DNA of 64,000 bases, taken from Shigella phage SP18. A program made the translations under genes and the position numbers. The stretch is taken from the sequence record GQ981382. One strand, given 5' to 3'. The notes beneath the pieces are model-generated. The model ran no database searches. It was not told the DNA's origin and saw only the letters and a list, made by a program, of their open reading frames with translations. Below are positions 45,249-56,136 of this stretch, piece by piece; positions within the stretch are counted from its first letter, which is position 1; each line of letters begins with the position of its first letter.

Positions 45249-47312
45249 ATGAATTACTACGATAAAGTTGATGAAGTGGTAGGGACTGTAACAAGTCCCT
45301 GTGATGACGCAGTAGGACCCGGTGAATATCGCCGGGTTAAATGGGAATTATATAACCCAACAGGTGCTTTTATTCAACCTGGGAATGGCGTTGAATGGGA
45401 TACCGAGATTATTCCACTAGCTACACATTTATACACACAAAATCCATTTGGTAATAAGTCCGAAACTTTTCCTGCACCTCCGCCGCCGGAAGATGGAACA
45501 AGTCAAGGTATCTGGTGTGCTAAACTCGGAATATTCTTTATTACGCAATTGGATTTAGAAAATTATGTAGAATCGATTGGTGCAACTCTTTTGTCCGGTA
45601 ATGATTGGTACGGTGCTGATTTATCAAAATCCGTATTGTATAAAACATCTATTGAATATGATATGTATCGCATCGAAAACTGTGGCGGTGTATGGACGTC
45701 ACAAGGCCCTAGAATGGACCCCAGGACGATGATTGCAGTTACGGCTGATTATCATATGTATGTCAACTTTAACGGCCTTGGTGACTCCCGCAGGGCTTAT
45801 TTGAAGTACTATGAGACAAAACCTTGTACTTATGTTGGACTGGTATTAAATCTAGATGTTGATATGAGTATCCCAGGAACTCCGATTCCGGGACCGGTAT
45901 CCATTGGGTCTTTACCGCCAGAAATAACCGGGCGAGCCAGGGCAATAAGCTGTGTTCCTTTTACAGCGGAATTCCCTTACAACGGATTGACCAATGCGAT
46001 TATGGCTTCATGGAATACATCTAGGAATTCATTCAAATTATATTGGGATATGCTCCCTGGATGGCCATCATCTGGTGGAACCGATTGGGAAAAATTCTTC
46101 GATTCTGGTTATAGTAAGCTATCGGTCGCAATGGAAGAGCTAGGCAACTCAGCTGTTGCTATGTGTCAATATGTTCAGCAAATGGCTTTTCTTGCATTTA
46201 AAGATGCCATATCACAGGTCTTGAATATTGTTGGCGGTGGGTGGGACTTACTTAAAAGCTTTTTACCCTCGATTACTATTATGGGCATGACTATTGACCT
46301 GGAAGACCTCTGCACTTCAGGTGATGGTGTACAGAAATTAAAAGAAGCATGGAAAAACTTTAATTTAGAAGAAACCATCCAATCGATTTATTCTGCCATT
46401 GGGTCGGCATACGATTATTCGGTTGAACGCGTCAAGATGTATTCGCGTGACCTTATTGATGCAATTACAGACTTGTATGACTGGGCCTGGTCTCAATTGC
46501 TTATGGCTGGTGTTGCATTATCAAAACTGTGTGTAGACCTCGCTCAAATATGGAGTATGCCTCCTATAGTTCCGAACCCAGTTTGGAGCGTTATTACTGC
46601 GGTCAAGGAAATGATGAAGCAAGTTAAACCACTGGACATGATAATGAGCGGTAACTTTCCAGGATTCACAGCATCAGATGTTTATCAAATGGTTATGGAA
46701 AAGGTAGACCAGAAAATAGACGAAGCTTATGCAATGATTGAGGCTCTTAAAACCAAGGCACTCAATCTGTGGAATGAGATTAAGCTCAAAAAGCAAGAAG
46801 TACAAAAACAAGCTATTGAATTTAAACAATATCTTTCAGGAATGTACGAAAAAGTTACAGACGAGCTAACTGCTCAGAAGGAAGCCGCATTATCACAAGC
46901 TGAAGCTGCACTTGAACTTTTAAAGAATAAATATAATCAGATTAAGAACTCTATTACCGAAAGTCAAACCTCTGTTTCTGATGTATTAGATATGGCTTTA
47001 GAAGAATTCAAAAAACTTCCTATTGTGGCTCAAATGGAAGAACTTCTCGGTATGCTCGGAGCTACTGTAGATGATATCATGGTTATATACGAGAACTCAG
47101 TAACTAAAGCAAAATCTTTATATCACGAATTTACTGATGGTTCCAGGTCAATGAAAGACTTGTGCAAATCAATGTATAACCAAATATCAACATTATCCTT
47201 AAGTAAGGTGGTACAATGGATTAATAAGATGCTGGGAATATTCGGTTTAACGATTGCATTTCCATCCCTTTCCATTTGCATACCTTGTTTAGAATCTCCT
47301 ACTAGGAATTAA
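45249..47312 (+). CDS. Large hypothetical protein (687 aa) in the gene 5 to gene 6 interval; coiled-coil and C-terminal hydrophobic segment
   Basis: Single uninterrupted ORF from ATG 45249 (MNYYDKVDEV) to 1 nt before gene 6; no PAAR-like Gly-rich repeats recognised. Confidence 0.7.
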   Translation: MNYYDKVDEVVGTVTSPCDDAVGPGEYRRVKWELYNPTGAFIQPGNGVEWDTEIIPLATHLYTQNPFGNKSETFPAPPPPEDGTSQGIWCAKLGIFFITQLDLENYVESIGATLLSGNDWYGADLSKSVLYKTSIEYDMYRIENCGGVWTSQGPRMDPRTMIAVTADYHMYVNFNGLGDSRRAYLKYYETKPCTYVGLVLNLDVDMSIPGTPIPGPVSIGSLPPEITGRARAISCVPFTAEFPYNGLTNAIMASWNTSRNSFKLYWDMLPGWPSSGGTDWEKFFDSGYSKLSVAMEELGNSAVAMCQYVQQMAFLAFKDAISQVLNIVGGGWDLLKSFLPSITIMGMTIDLEDLCTSGDGVQKLKEAWKNFNLEETIQSIYSAIGSAYDYSVERVKMYSRDLIDAITDLYDWAWSQLLMAGVALSKLCVDLAQIWSMPPIVPNPVWSVITAVKEMMKQVKPLDMIMSGNFPGFTASDVYQMVMEKVDQKIDEAYAMIEALKTKALNLWNEIKLKKQEVQKQAIEFKQYLSGMYEKVTDELTAQKEAALSQAEAALELLKNKYNQIKNSITESQTSVSDVLDMALEEFKKLPIVAQMEELLGMLGATVDDIMVIYENSVTKAKSLYHEFTDGSRSMKDLCKSMYNQISTLSLSKVVQWINKMLGIFGLTIAFPSLSICIPCLESPTRN

Positions 47313-47313
47313 A

Positions 47314-49272
47314 ATGGCTACTCCTACGAATTACCAATTAACAAGAACCGTTAACGCAATCCCAAAAGTATTTGTGGGAGCTACGTTTGAAGAAATTAAA
47401 AAGAACATCATTGACTGGTTATCAAGCCAGGATGAATTTAAGGATTATGATTTCGTAGGTTCGCGAATGAATATCCTGATTGATATGCTTGCATACAATA
47501 CATTGTATATGCAACAGTTTGCTAACACGGCAGTTTACGAATCATTTATCGGAACTGCAAACCTAAGGTCTTCGGTTGTTCAAGCTGCACAGGATAATGG
47601 TTATCTTCCATCTTCGCGTTCGGCCGCAAAGACTTCGGTTATGCTGACATGTTCTCACGCTCTCCAACCATCGAATATTGAAATCCCGCGTGGGACTAAG
47701 TTCCTGGCTTATGCTCGTGATACATCAGCTGACCCTTATATGTTTGTCACAACGGATAATGTAATCGCGGTAAAAGACATTAACAACCAATATCTGCCGA
47801 TTGTATCCCTTGCACAAGGTCGTATTATTCGTACTGAACTTTTGTATGACCCGAAACAACCTATTCTTATTCGTGACCCGGATATTGACCGAAAAGAAGT
47901 TAAGCTTTTTGTGAACGGTATCGAGTGGACTGACTGGACAAACAAATCAATGGTTCATGCTGGCTCAACGTCCACCATTTTCTATATGCGTGAAACTGTT
48001 GATGGTAATACCGAATTCTTCTTCGGTGAAGGTGAATCGACCAAATCTGTTGCCGGTGGCGTATTGGAAGCCAACTATATTGGTGGATTGAAACCCGTAC
48101 AGGATTCGACAATTGTTATCGAATATCTTCGCACATCAGGGGCCGATGCAAATGGTGCAGTTGATTTCAGCTATGCAGACTCCTTGACTTATATCACTGT
48201 TGACAAGATTACAGAAAACTACAATAACGATAAAGATTACGTTGGAGCTGATGGCGGTGGTGACCCGGAAGATATTGAACGAATCCGTGAACTGGCTGTA
48301 GTTAAACGTGAAGCGCAGATGCGTGCTGTCACCGGGACCGATTATGATACATTCGTATCAGAAAGATTCGGCTCAATCGTACAAGCCGTACAGACGTTTA
48401 CAGACCCAAATAAACCTGGATATGCGTTTATATCAGTTAAACCTAAATCGGGCTTGTATCTCACCGCAGTGCAGCGTGAGGACATCAAAAACTACCTTAG
48501 TGAGTTCAACGTATCGACAATTACACCATCAGTTATTTCTCCTGATTATTTGTTCCTTAAACACAATATCAAAGTGTCTTATGCGCTGAATAAATTACAG
48601 GAATCTGAACAGTGGTTGCAAGCACAAATCATTAACCAGATTGACCGCTATTATATTGATGAAGTTGAATTGTTTAACCACAGTTTTGCTAAATCGAAAC
48701 TGCTCACTTATGTAGATAATACCGACCATAGTATTTTGGGTTCGTCTGCAACGGTGACAATGGTTCGCGAGGTCTTGAACTTCTTTAAGACTCCAGAATC
48801 CGGCATTAAATATTATAATCAATATACTAATAGGTCGGTGGAATCAAGCGAATTTGAATTCGTTCCAACAAACCAAAGCGATACCGTTACCTCATATAAC
48901 GTCCGTATTGTAGCGACTGACCGCAACTCATCTGGTGATGGTAAAATGGTCATTGGTCCGTTCCGTCCAGGTGATGTTCAGCTTAATGCGAATATTCAAC
49001 CTTACACAGGTAATGACTTTAATAAGATGGTTGCACCAGCTGACCAGACTCAATACTTTGTAATCGGTGAAATCGATTATTGGTCTGATTATATCTTCTG
49101 GGACATTGCCGCGATTGGTTTGACTTCGGACCGTTTTGAAGTGCAATCAATCGAACTGTATGCGGGTCCAGACCAGGACAACATCTACACAAAAGACGGT
49201 TCGCTTATCGTATTCGAAAATGACCTTCGTCCACAGTATACGACTATTAATTTAGAACCAATTACATTATAA
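47314..49272 (+). CDS. 6: Baseplate wedge protein gp6
   Basis: 652 aa; long collinear match to recalled T4 gp6 (NYQLTRT, GADGGGDPEDIERIREL, PGYAFI, LIVFENDLRPQY). Confidence 0.93.
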   Translation: MATPTNYQLTRTVNAIPKVFVGATFEEIKKNIIDWLSSQDEFKDYDFVGSRMNILIDMLAYNTLYMQQFANTAVYESFIGTANLRSSVVQAAQDNGYLPSSRSAAKTSVMLTCSHALQPSNIEIPRGTKFLAYARDTSADPYMFVTTDNVIAVKDINNQYLPIVSLAQGRIIRTELLYDPKQPILIRDPDIDRKEVKLFVNGIEWTDWTNKSMVHAGSTSTIFYMRETVDGNTEFFFGEGESTKSVAGGVLEANYIGGLKPVQDSTIVIEYLRTSGADANGAVDFSYADSLTYITVDKITENYNNDKDYVGADGGGDPEDIERIRELAVVKREAQMRAVTGTDYDTFVSERFGSIVQAVQTFTDPNKPGYAFISVKPKSGLYLTAVQREDIKNYLSEFNVSTITPSVISPDYLFLKHNIKVSYALNKLQESEQWLQAQIINQIDRYYIDEVELFNHSFAKSKLLTYVDNTDHSILGSSATVTMVREVLNFFKTPESGIKYYNQYTNRSVESSEFEFVPTNQSDTVTSYNVRIVATDRNSSGDGKMVIGPFRPGDVQLNANIQPYTGNDFNKMVAPADQTQYFVIGEIDYWSDYIFWDIAAIGLTSDRFEVQSIELYAGPDQDNIYTKDGSLIVFENDLRPQYTTINLEPITL

Positions 49273-49288
49273 GCCTCTTCGGAGGCTT
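49271..49288 (+). other. UUCG-tetraloop hairpin between genes 6 and 7
   Basis: aagcctc-ttcg-gaggctt; no T-run follows. Confidence 0.35.
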
Positions 49289-49300
49289 TAAGGAATCTTA

Positions 49301-52300
49301 ATGACTGTTAAAGCCCCTTCTGTTACTAGCTTGCGGATTGATAAACTATCTGCTAACCAGGTTAGTATTAAATGGGATGATGTAGGCTCCAACTTTTACT
49401 ATTTTGTGGAGATTGCCCAAATCACAGAAAATGGAGTACGCATCCCAACTAGAGATTTAATTTGGCGCGACCTTGGTTATACCGCAGACAATGAATGGTT
49501 CGAGCAGGAATATATTCGTCCGTTGACAAGTTATCAGATGCGTGTGTCTGTTGCGGCAATGGGCTTCGAACGGTCTGATTGGGAATATACCGAGGAATTT
49601 GAAACCTTTGCAACGAACGCATATACTTTTGAACATATGCGCGAATTTAGTTTGGCCAATAAATTCATTGAAGAAAAATTCACCAATAAAAATCAGAGCT
49701 ATATCAACTTTAACAATGATATTATTATGGCTTCATTGATGTCCGAAGACTTTACATGGACTTCTGCTTATTCTCATTTGTCTTCAATTTCGAACTATGT
49801 TTTGCAAGAAGACCAATATCATGAAATCCAGGGACCGATTCAAGCAGTTTGTGTTGACCAAAACCGTACGATGCTTGCTGAACTTGGTGGCGTGCTTTAT
49901 CTGTTCGAACGCTTTCAGCCGATGGTTAAAGTCTCCAATGACAAAGGTCAGAACTGGTATTATATAAGACTCTTTAATGAGCGTATCGGTAACCCTGTGT
50001 CAAGGACTGTATATTATCAGACTGATACCACAACTTACGTTCTGGGCTATGACCGCATATTCTATGGTCGCCAATCAAGCGATATAAGATGGTCTGCGGA
50101 TGATGTTCGATTCAGTTCTGAAGACATTACATTTGCTAAAGTCGGTTCAGATATTAACCTTGGATTTGATATTGAAATCTTCGGGAACTATGCAAGACTT
50201 CCGGCCTATATTTCACAAATAGCTGAAGCTATCACGGTTTCGGATGAATTCATTTATGTTGCGGCGCGCGGTCGTGTATATAAAGCAAAAACCTCTGATG
50301 CACCGATTGATACAACTCCAGGGTCTCCGACCTTCGGTGAAAAACTATTTGAAACTGGTTACAGTACAATTACGACAAACCCTAAAGCAGTTTGTTATAA
50401 AATGGATTCAGTTCAAGGTCATACGTTTGCATTAATTACGGGTGAAGTTAAAGAAGAAAGACAAGACCCAACTAAACCTGAAAACGTTGTTGACTCTCTG
50501 GATAAAGGCGTTTATAAATTAGACCCCGATACTGATACATGGACGAGAGTTTTTGGCAATACAGAAGAAGAACGTCGTCGAATCGAACATGGTTATGCGA
50601 GCATGTCAACTGATGGCATCGAAGTGTTCTTTAGCTCCAGTAACTTCAAATATTCGGTTGAGCCTGATACTGAACTACCTCTTAAATATCCTGATGAAGT
50701 TAATGAAGCAGTCAAATACGTTTACGATGAGCAATGGATACATGATAAGCATTACCTGATGATGAGCTTCAGAGCTGGCGAAGATTCTGGCTTCGAAGAG
50801 TTCAAACCAGGCCGTATGACTTACTATGCAGAGCCGTTCTTTAACTGGTCAAGACGTGACGATACTCGTTGTTGGATTACGACTTCAGACCGAGCAATGG
50901 TTGTCTATAACGATATTCTTTATCAGTACATCATCGATACATTTGGTGGAACTTCCCCGGAACGTATCGTGCATGAATATTGGAACAAAGGTCGAGTAAC
51001 GATTACTGCACCTAACATCGAATTCAACGGCTTTAAAAAATATGCGTCCGGGATTATGCTTCATAAAAATACCGGGGAATTAATTGGCTATTTTGAATTT
51101 GACTATCGCGTGCGTGATGAAGTGCGTATCATCTGGAAGCCAAAAGAAATTATGCTTATGGCTGAACTACAAAATCAGGAACATGATATTCCGTGGACTC
51201 CGGAAAATGAGAATAAGGAAAAAGACCCGGACTTGCAACCACTGTTAACGAAGATGATTCCAGATAGTTATCTTTTACAGGATAGTAAATTTGAAAAATT
51301 CTGTGAATACTATTTGCAGTTCATCAGTGATGGTTCCGGTACATATTATAACAACCTGTTGAATCTTATTCGTAATCAATATCCGCGCGAGGAAGATGCA
51401 TGGGAATATCTCTGGAGCGAAATGTACAAACGCAACATTTACCTCTCCAAGGAAAAACGTGACGAAGCTGTTCGATTCTTCCAGGCCCGACAGTCTGATT
51501 TTTGGGCAACAAAAGGTACAGAAGCGTCTTATAAATTCCTGTTCAAATTACTGTATAATGAAGATGTTGAAATTGACATCGAATCCAAGAACGGAACCGA
51601 GTATGATATCGTAGTTGAATCTGATAATATCAGTGAAGACATTGTAGGCCAAACCATTTATACCGCAACTGGGCGCAGTAATGTGACTTATATGGAGCGC
51701 GATTATAAAGATGGTAAATTAAGATGGCGTATTACTATTCATAACCTCCTGGGACGTTTTATTGTTGGACAAGAAATTAAATCAGAAAGAACCTCATTCG
51801 AGGGGATGATTGTACAAGGTGTTCGTGGTAAAGAGTTGTTGAGTAACAACATCGATTATATTAACCGTAATCGCTCTTATTACGTAATGACAATTAAGTC
51901 AAACCTTCCGACCTCCCGTTATCGTAATGACGTTTTGAGATTCGTTCACCCGGTTGGATTTGGATTCATCGGTATCACGTTGCTGACAATGTTTGTTAAC
52001 GTTGGTTTGACTCTTAAACATACCGAGACAATCATTAATAAATTAAGTAACTATAGATGGTCTTCTGGTATTCCATCAGAATGGAATGACCGAGTTGCGG
52101 TGATTGGTGTTGATGGCACTATTGAGAAAAACCCTATCACAGGTGAAGCAATATATAACATCGCTCCTAATGCTGGCCAGCCTTTCCCGTTACCAGCCGA
52201 TTATGACGCCGAGAACGATTTCTCTATGTTCTATGGATTGTTACCGTCACAACGTCGTGGAAAATATAGTCCACTGTTTGACCAGTCAGCTGTTACATTC

Positions 52301-52396
52301 TCGAACTGGAGAGCATTAGTTGACCAACGTCTTAAAGATGATATTGGTAATCCAAGAGACCCGGTTAATCCTACACAGGTAAATGTAAATGAATAA
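49301..52396 (+). CDS. 7: Baseplate wedge protein gp7
   Basis: 1031 aa (T4 gp7 is about 1032 aa); synteny 6-7-8. Confidence 0.9.
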   Translation: MTVKAPSVTSLRIDKLSANQVSIKWDDVGSNFYYFVEIAQITENGVRIPTRDLIWRDLGYTADNEWFEQEYIRPLTSYQMRVSVAAMGFERSDWEYTEEFETFATNAYTFEHMREFSLANKFIEEKFTNKNQSYINFNNDIIMASLMSEDFTWTSAYSHLSSISNYVLQEDQYHEIQGPIQAVCVDQNRTMLAELGGVLYLFERFQPMVKVSNDKGQNWYYIRLFNERIGNPVSRTVYYQTDTTTYVLGYDRIFYGRQSSDIRWSADDVRFSSEDITFAKVGSDINLGFDIEIFGNYARLPAYISQIAEAITVSDEFIYVAARGRVYKAKTSDAPIDTTPGSPTFGEKLFETGYSTITTNPKAVCYKMDSVQGHTFALITGEVKEERQDPTKPENVVDSLDKGVYKLDPDTDTWTRVFGNTEEERRRIEHGYASMSTDGIEVFFSSSNFKYSVEPDTELPLKYPDEVNEAVKYVYDEQWIHDKHYLMMSFRAGEDSGFEEFKPGRMTYYAEPFFNWSRRDDTRCWITTSDRAMVVYNDILYQYIIDTFGGTSPERIVHEYWNKGRVTITAPNIEFNGFKKYASGIMLHKNTGELIGYFEFDYRVRDEVRIIWKPKEIMLMAELQNQEHDIPWTPENENKEKDPDLQPLLTKMIPDSYLLQDSKFEKFCEYYLQFISDGSGTYYNNLLNLIRNQYPREEDAWEYLWSEMYKRNIYLSKEKRDEAVRFFQARQSDFWATKGTEASYKFLFKLLYNEDVEIDIESKNGTEYDIVVESDNISEDIVGQTIYTATGRSNVTYMERDYKDGKLRWRITIHNLLGRFIVGQEIKSERTSFEGMIVQGVRGKELLSNNIDYINRNRSYYVMTIKSNLPTSRYRNDVLRFVHPVGFGFIGITLLTMFVNVGLTLKHTETIINKLSNYRWSSGIPSEWNDRVAVIGVDGTIEKNPITGEAIYNIAPNAGQPFPLPADYDAENDFSMFYGLLPSQRRGKYSPLFDQSAVTFSNWRALVDQRLKDDIGNPRDPVNPTQVNVNE

Positions 52397-53393
52397 CTCT
52401 ACCGTAGTTTACCGTTCGATTGTTACATCAAAATTCAGAACGGAAAAAATGTATAACTTCTACAGCGTCATCGGAGATGGCGCCAATGAAAATACAATGT
52501 ATGTCACGTTCGGTCGTGCAGAACCATGGGCTGCAAACGAGAACGACCCGGGCTTTGCTCCACCTTATCCGGTTGATGATGCCCAAGGTGTTGAAGATGT
52601 TTGGACTAATATGATGGGTGCAGTCAAGGTGTATAAATCCATGCTTGACTGCGTGGTTCCTCGTAAGGATTGGGGTGATGTTCGTTATCCTAACCCGCTG
52701 AACTTTCAGATTGGCGAAATCGTCGTAAGTAATACCGCACCATATAACCGAACTGATGTTGGTAAAGGTTGGATGGTTTATCGTTGTGTGGATGTTCCTG
52801 AATCTGGGACCTGTTCGATTTATTCCATCACTAATAAGCAAGAATGTCTTAAGCTTGGTGGTAAATGGACTTCAGACTATGCTTCCAGCCGAGCACCATC
52901 AGGGACTGGTGATACTGAAGGACGTGTTGATATGGGTGATGGTTATCTCTGGGAATATCTCTATGAGATTCCACCTGACGTATCCATTAACCGTTGTACA
53001 AACGAATATATCGTTGTCCCATGGCCAGAAGAAATTGCAGAAGACCCTGAACGTTGGGGATACAAAGATAACCTGACATGGCAGCAAGATGATTATGGTT
53101 TAATCTATCGTATCAAGGGAAATACAATTCGATTCAAGGCTTTCATGGATTCGATTTATTTCCCTCAGTTCAGTCTTCCAGGTAACAAAGGTTTTAGACA
53201 AATTTCAATTGTCGCTAACCCTCTGGAAATTAAAGCTGCTCCTAATGACCCGAATATCAAAGCAACAAAAGAATATTACGATGCTATTGATTTGAGTCGA
53301 CATTCTGGTGAAATGATTTACATGGAAAACAGACCACCTGTTTATCGTGCGATGGACCAAACCGAAGAAGTAAATATTATTTTTGAATTCTAA
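52389..53393 (+). CDS. 8: Baseplate wedge protein gp8
   Basis: 334 aa; N-terminus VVYRSIVTSKFRTEKMYNFY...FGRAEPW...GFAPPYP matches recalled T4 gp8. Confidence 0.92.
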   Translation: MNNSTVVYRSIVTSKFRTEKMYNFYSVIGDGANENTMYVTFGRAEPWAANENDPGFAPPYPVDDAQGVEDVWTNMMGAVKVYKSMLDCVVPRKDWGDVRYPNPLNFQIGEIVVSNTAPYNRTDVGKGWMVYRCVDVPESGTCSIYSITNKQECLKLGGKWTSDYASSRAPSGTGDTEGRVDMGDGYLWEYLYEIPPDVSINRCTNEYIVVPWPEEIAEDPERWGYKDNLTWQQDDYGLIYRIKGNTIRFKAFMDSIYFPQFSLPGNKGFRQISIVANPLEIKAAPNDPNIKATKEYYDAIDLSRHSGEMIYMENRPPVYRAMDQTEEVNIIFEF

Positions 53394-53396
53394 CTA

Positions 53397-53420
53397 GGGA
53401 CCTTCGGGTCCCTTTTTATT
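53397..53420 (+). terminator. Rho-independent terminator
   Basis: gggacc-ttcg-ggtccc followed by ttttta. Confidence 0.65.
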
Positions 53421-53422
53421 TT

Positions 53423-53430
53423 ATAAATAT
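53423..53430 (+). promoter_or_regulatory. T4-type late promoter TATAAATA upstream of gene 9
   Basis: tataaata followed by GAGG ribosome site and ATG 53457. Confidence 0.65.
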
Positions 53431-53456
53431 AGCTATATCAATAATGAGGCTTACCT

Positions 53457-54326
53457 ATGATTAATCAAACCCCAAAACTTTTAATAGATGTCGGCGAAAT
53501 TGGTAACGCCAGCACCGGCGATATCTTATATGATGGTGGTCGTAAAATTAACGAAGATTTTAATAACGTCTATAATACCTTCGGTGACCAACGTCTTTAT
53601 TCAATCGATAACGGCCAGAACTCTCAGGTCTTGCATGCTACAGGTTATTATCAAAAAGCAACAAACATAATCGAATGGAACACTCCTGTTGCGCTTGGTT
53701 CTCTCCGCGATGTCGATACCTCCAAGGGTGTTGTTACTGCCAGGATTGCCCGCGGTAAAATGGGTGAAGGTATTATCTTCATTAACTCTAACGGGACTTT
53801 ATCACCAACTCAATCTCTGGAAATCGAACTTCAAGGCACAGATACTTTCGTTTCGGCTCCGACCAACAAAATTCGCTTCACAAGCCCTTATACAAAGATT
53901 ACTCTTTGGTGTATCGATGACGCAAACGGCGTTGGCACCTGGGATTATTCAATCGAAAATATGTTTGGTGTAAAACATATTCCTTTGGACCGAACTTATA
54001 ATATCGGTCTGAACGCAAGAGATATTCCGATTGCATTGCGCGGTGATTTCAAAACAATGAAACTTTTGTTAACCGCTATATCTACTGATGAAACTAAATA
54101 CAAAGCATCAGAGGTCATGCTCTTTGTAGACACTCAAGCTAACCAAGTGTATAGCACAGAATACGGTGTATTGCGTCGTGGTCACGTGGATGACGATGAT
54201 GAGTTATATACCATTAACTTTAAAATAGGCGCTGACAACTTCGTTACGGCGACCGTAAGCGCACCAGTCTCCATGAAGCTCGCCATTAAGGTAGCCGAGA
54301 CACAAACCATTGGGGTAGCAATCTAA
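53457..54326 (+). CDS. 9: Baseplate wedge / long-tail-fibre socket protein gp9
   Basis: 289 aa; GEIGNASTGDIL, HATGYYQK, YSIENMFG, VSAPVSMKLAIKV resemble recalled T4 gp9. Confidence 0.9.
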   Translation: MINQTPKLLIDVGEIGNASTGDILYDGGRKINEDFNNVYNTFGDQRLYSIDNGQNSQVLHATGYYQKATNIIEWNTPVALGSLRDVDTSKGVVTARIARGKMGEGIIFINSNGTLSPTQSLEIELQGTDTFVSAPTNKIRFTSPYTKITLWCIDDANGVGTWDYSIENMFGVKHIPLDRTYNIGLNARDIPIALRGDFKTMKLLLTAISTDETKYKASEVMLFVDTQANQVYSTEYGVLRRGHVDDDDELYTINFKIGADNFVTATVSAPVSMKLAIKVAETQTIGVAI

Positions 54327-56136
54327 TGAAACAAAATTTAAAAATAGGCGTGATGGTCGATGATGGTACCGGCGATTATCTTCGTCTCGGCGGCCAAAAA
54401 TTAATAATAACTTTGATGACCTTTACTACCAGCTCGGTGATGGAGAAAATCCTCATGCTGCTGGTGCATGGAAAACATGGTCAGTAGCCGACGGTACAAC
54501 TCTGGAAGCCGTTATGGGTCGTAGCTATGCAGTGAATACCTCAAATGGTATGATTACTGTTAAGCTTCCTAAAGGAACTCCGTCTGAATATAATTACGTT
54601 ATTCGTTTGCGTGATGTGTTTGCAACTTGGCAAGTCTCCCCGGTGACGATTGTTCCGGCTGTTGGCGACACAATGAAAGGTTCTCCTGACCCTGTTGTTA
54701 TCCGTCGTAACCTGGCAGATATCGAACTGGTTTATTGCTCTCCTGGCCGTTGGGAATATATTGACAACAAACAGATTGACAAGATTTCGAATAACGACGT
54801 GGCAACTGTTGAGACCCAGCAATTCATCGCAACAGAAGGTCAAACGGACTTCCTGGATGTGTTTAATGGTCGTCCTTATAACATTGCAAGTCTCGAAGTT
54901 AAACATCGTGGTAACGACCTGTTTTATGGCAAAGATGATATTTTCGACCCGGTGAATGCTGAATTCGGTTCGCCTGGTGCAGCGCCTGGTGAAATTGTAA
55001 CCCTTGACGGTCGCAATATTCGTTTACGTATGCCTTGTGCAGCTGGTGACACGGTTATTGTCAGAACATTCAACGATGGTATTGCTCAGTATCGTAGTTC
55101 TTATAACCGTCGAGATGTTCAAATCCGTGATTCGAAATTTACTCTTGAAACCCCGGTCGAAGGCTCTTTGGTTGTAGCTGATTTATCTACTAAACACACA
55201 TTTATGGTTACTGAACTTGCGGTATCTCCTAGCAGTCCAATTAACCCGAATGCATGTGAAGTTTATATCAACAGCATATTACAGCACGAAGCAGGAACTG
55301 CAAACTATCCAGCTTATACATGCGAAGGTGCTAATGGTGACACTGCAGAAGAGTGTACAGATAATGGTGGTCAATGGGCTAAATCAAAAGAAGACTATAT
55401 AACAACCTTTGATGAAGACAACCGTATTGAATCTTTTGAGTTTGCTCGCACATTTGAAGATGGTGATATTCTGTCTATCGTTTGGTATAATAACGATATT
55501 GGCACCACAATGACTCTTGATGAAATTACAGATGAAACAAATAACATCTATGTTTCCCAGGGTCCAGAAGTTTCAATCACCGGTGATATAAGAATTACGG
55601 ATTACGATAATCCATTTGCTCCTAACCTGGAACCGGTTGACCCGAGCGAAATTAAACCATCTGCTGTTTCGATTCTCTTTAATATGTTCCATCCAATTGG
55701 CACAATTTACGAGAATACGACTAACCCAAATAACCCTGCGACATATATGGGTATGGGAACATGGAAGCGACTTGAAGAGCGTGTTTTGATTGGTTGGTCT
55801 GCTGACCCAGCCTCAAACTTCCATACAAACAATAACGACCTGGATTCTTCTGGTGTTCCGCAGGCAACCGCAGGGGGTACTGGTGGTAATGTACAAATTC
55901 ACATTAAACCAACCAATATTCCTAAAATTCAGACCGATGAAAAAGTATTGGTAGCTGATGCAACTGGCCCAATTATTGTTGGTGGTTGCCTGATTGACCC
56001 GGATGCACAAGGTCCTGCTTATACAAACTATCGCGAAGATTATGCGACTATTAATGAAGCTCTTGACCCACTGGCACAGCCAATAGATACGCTTCCTCCA
56101 TATTTGATTGTTTACCGTTGGGTAAGGATTGCATAA
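54326..56136 (+). CDS. 10: Baseplate wedge protein gp10; reading frame interrupted at an A5 run near 54393-54397
   Basis: Frame from ATG 54326 gives MKQNLKIGVMVDDGTGDYLRLGG then stops at 54485; the adjacent frame continues NNNFDDLYYQLGDGENPHAAGAWK...YLIVYRWVRIA collinear with recalled T4 gp10; one extra A would restore a 603-aa ORF. Confidence 0.85.

Noticed and set aside
49271-49288. Hairpin after gene 6 as a rho-independent terminator
   Set aside because: There is no U-run after the stem and gene 7 starts 13 nt later; more likely an RNA processing or stability element or translational coupler, so it is listed only as a hairpin.
54514-56136. Track ORF start for gene 10 at an internal Met (540 aa)
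   Set aside because: Similarity to gp10 continues upstream of this Met in the same frame back to about 54398, so the Met is internal and the gene is frame-interrupted rather than short.
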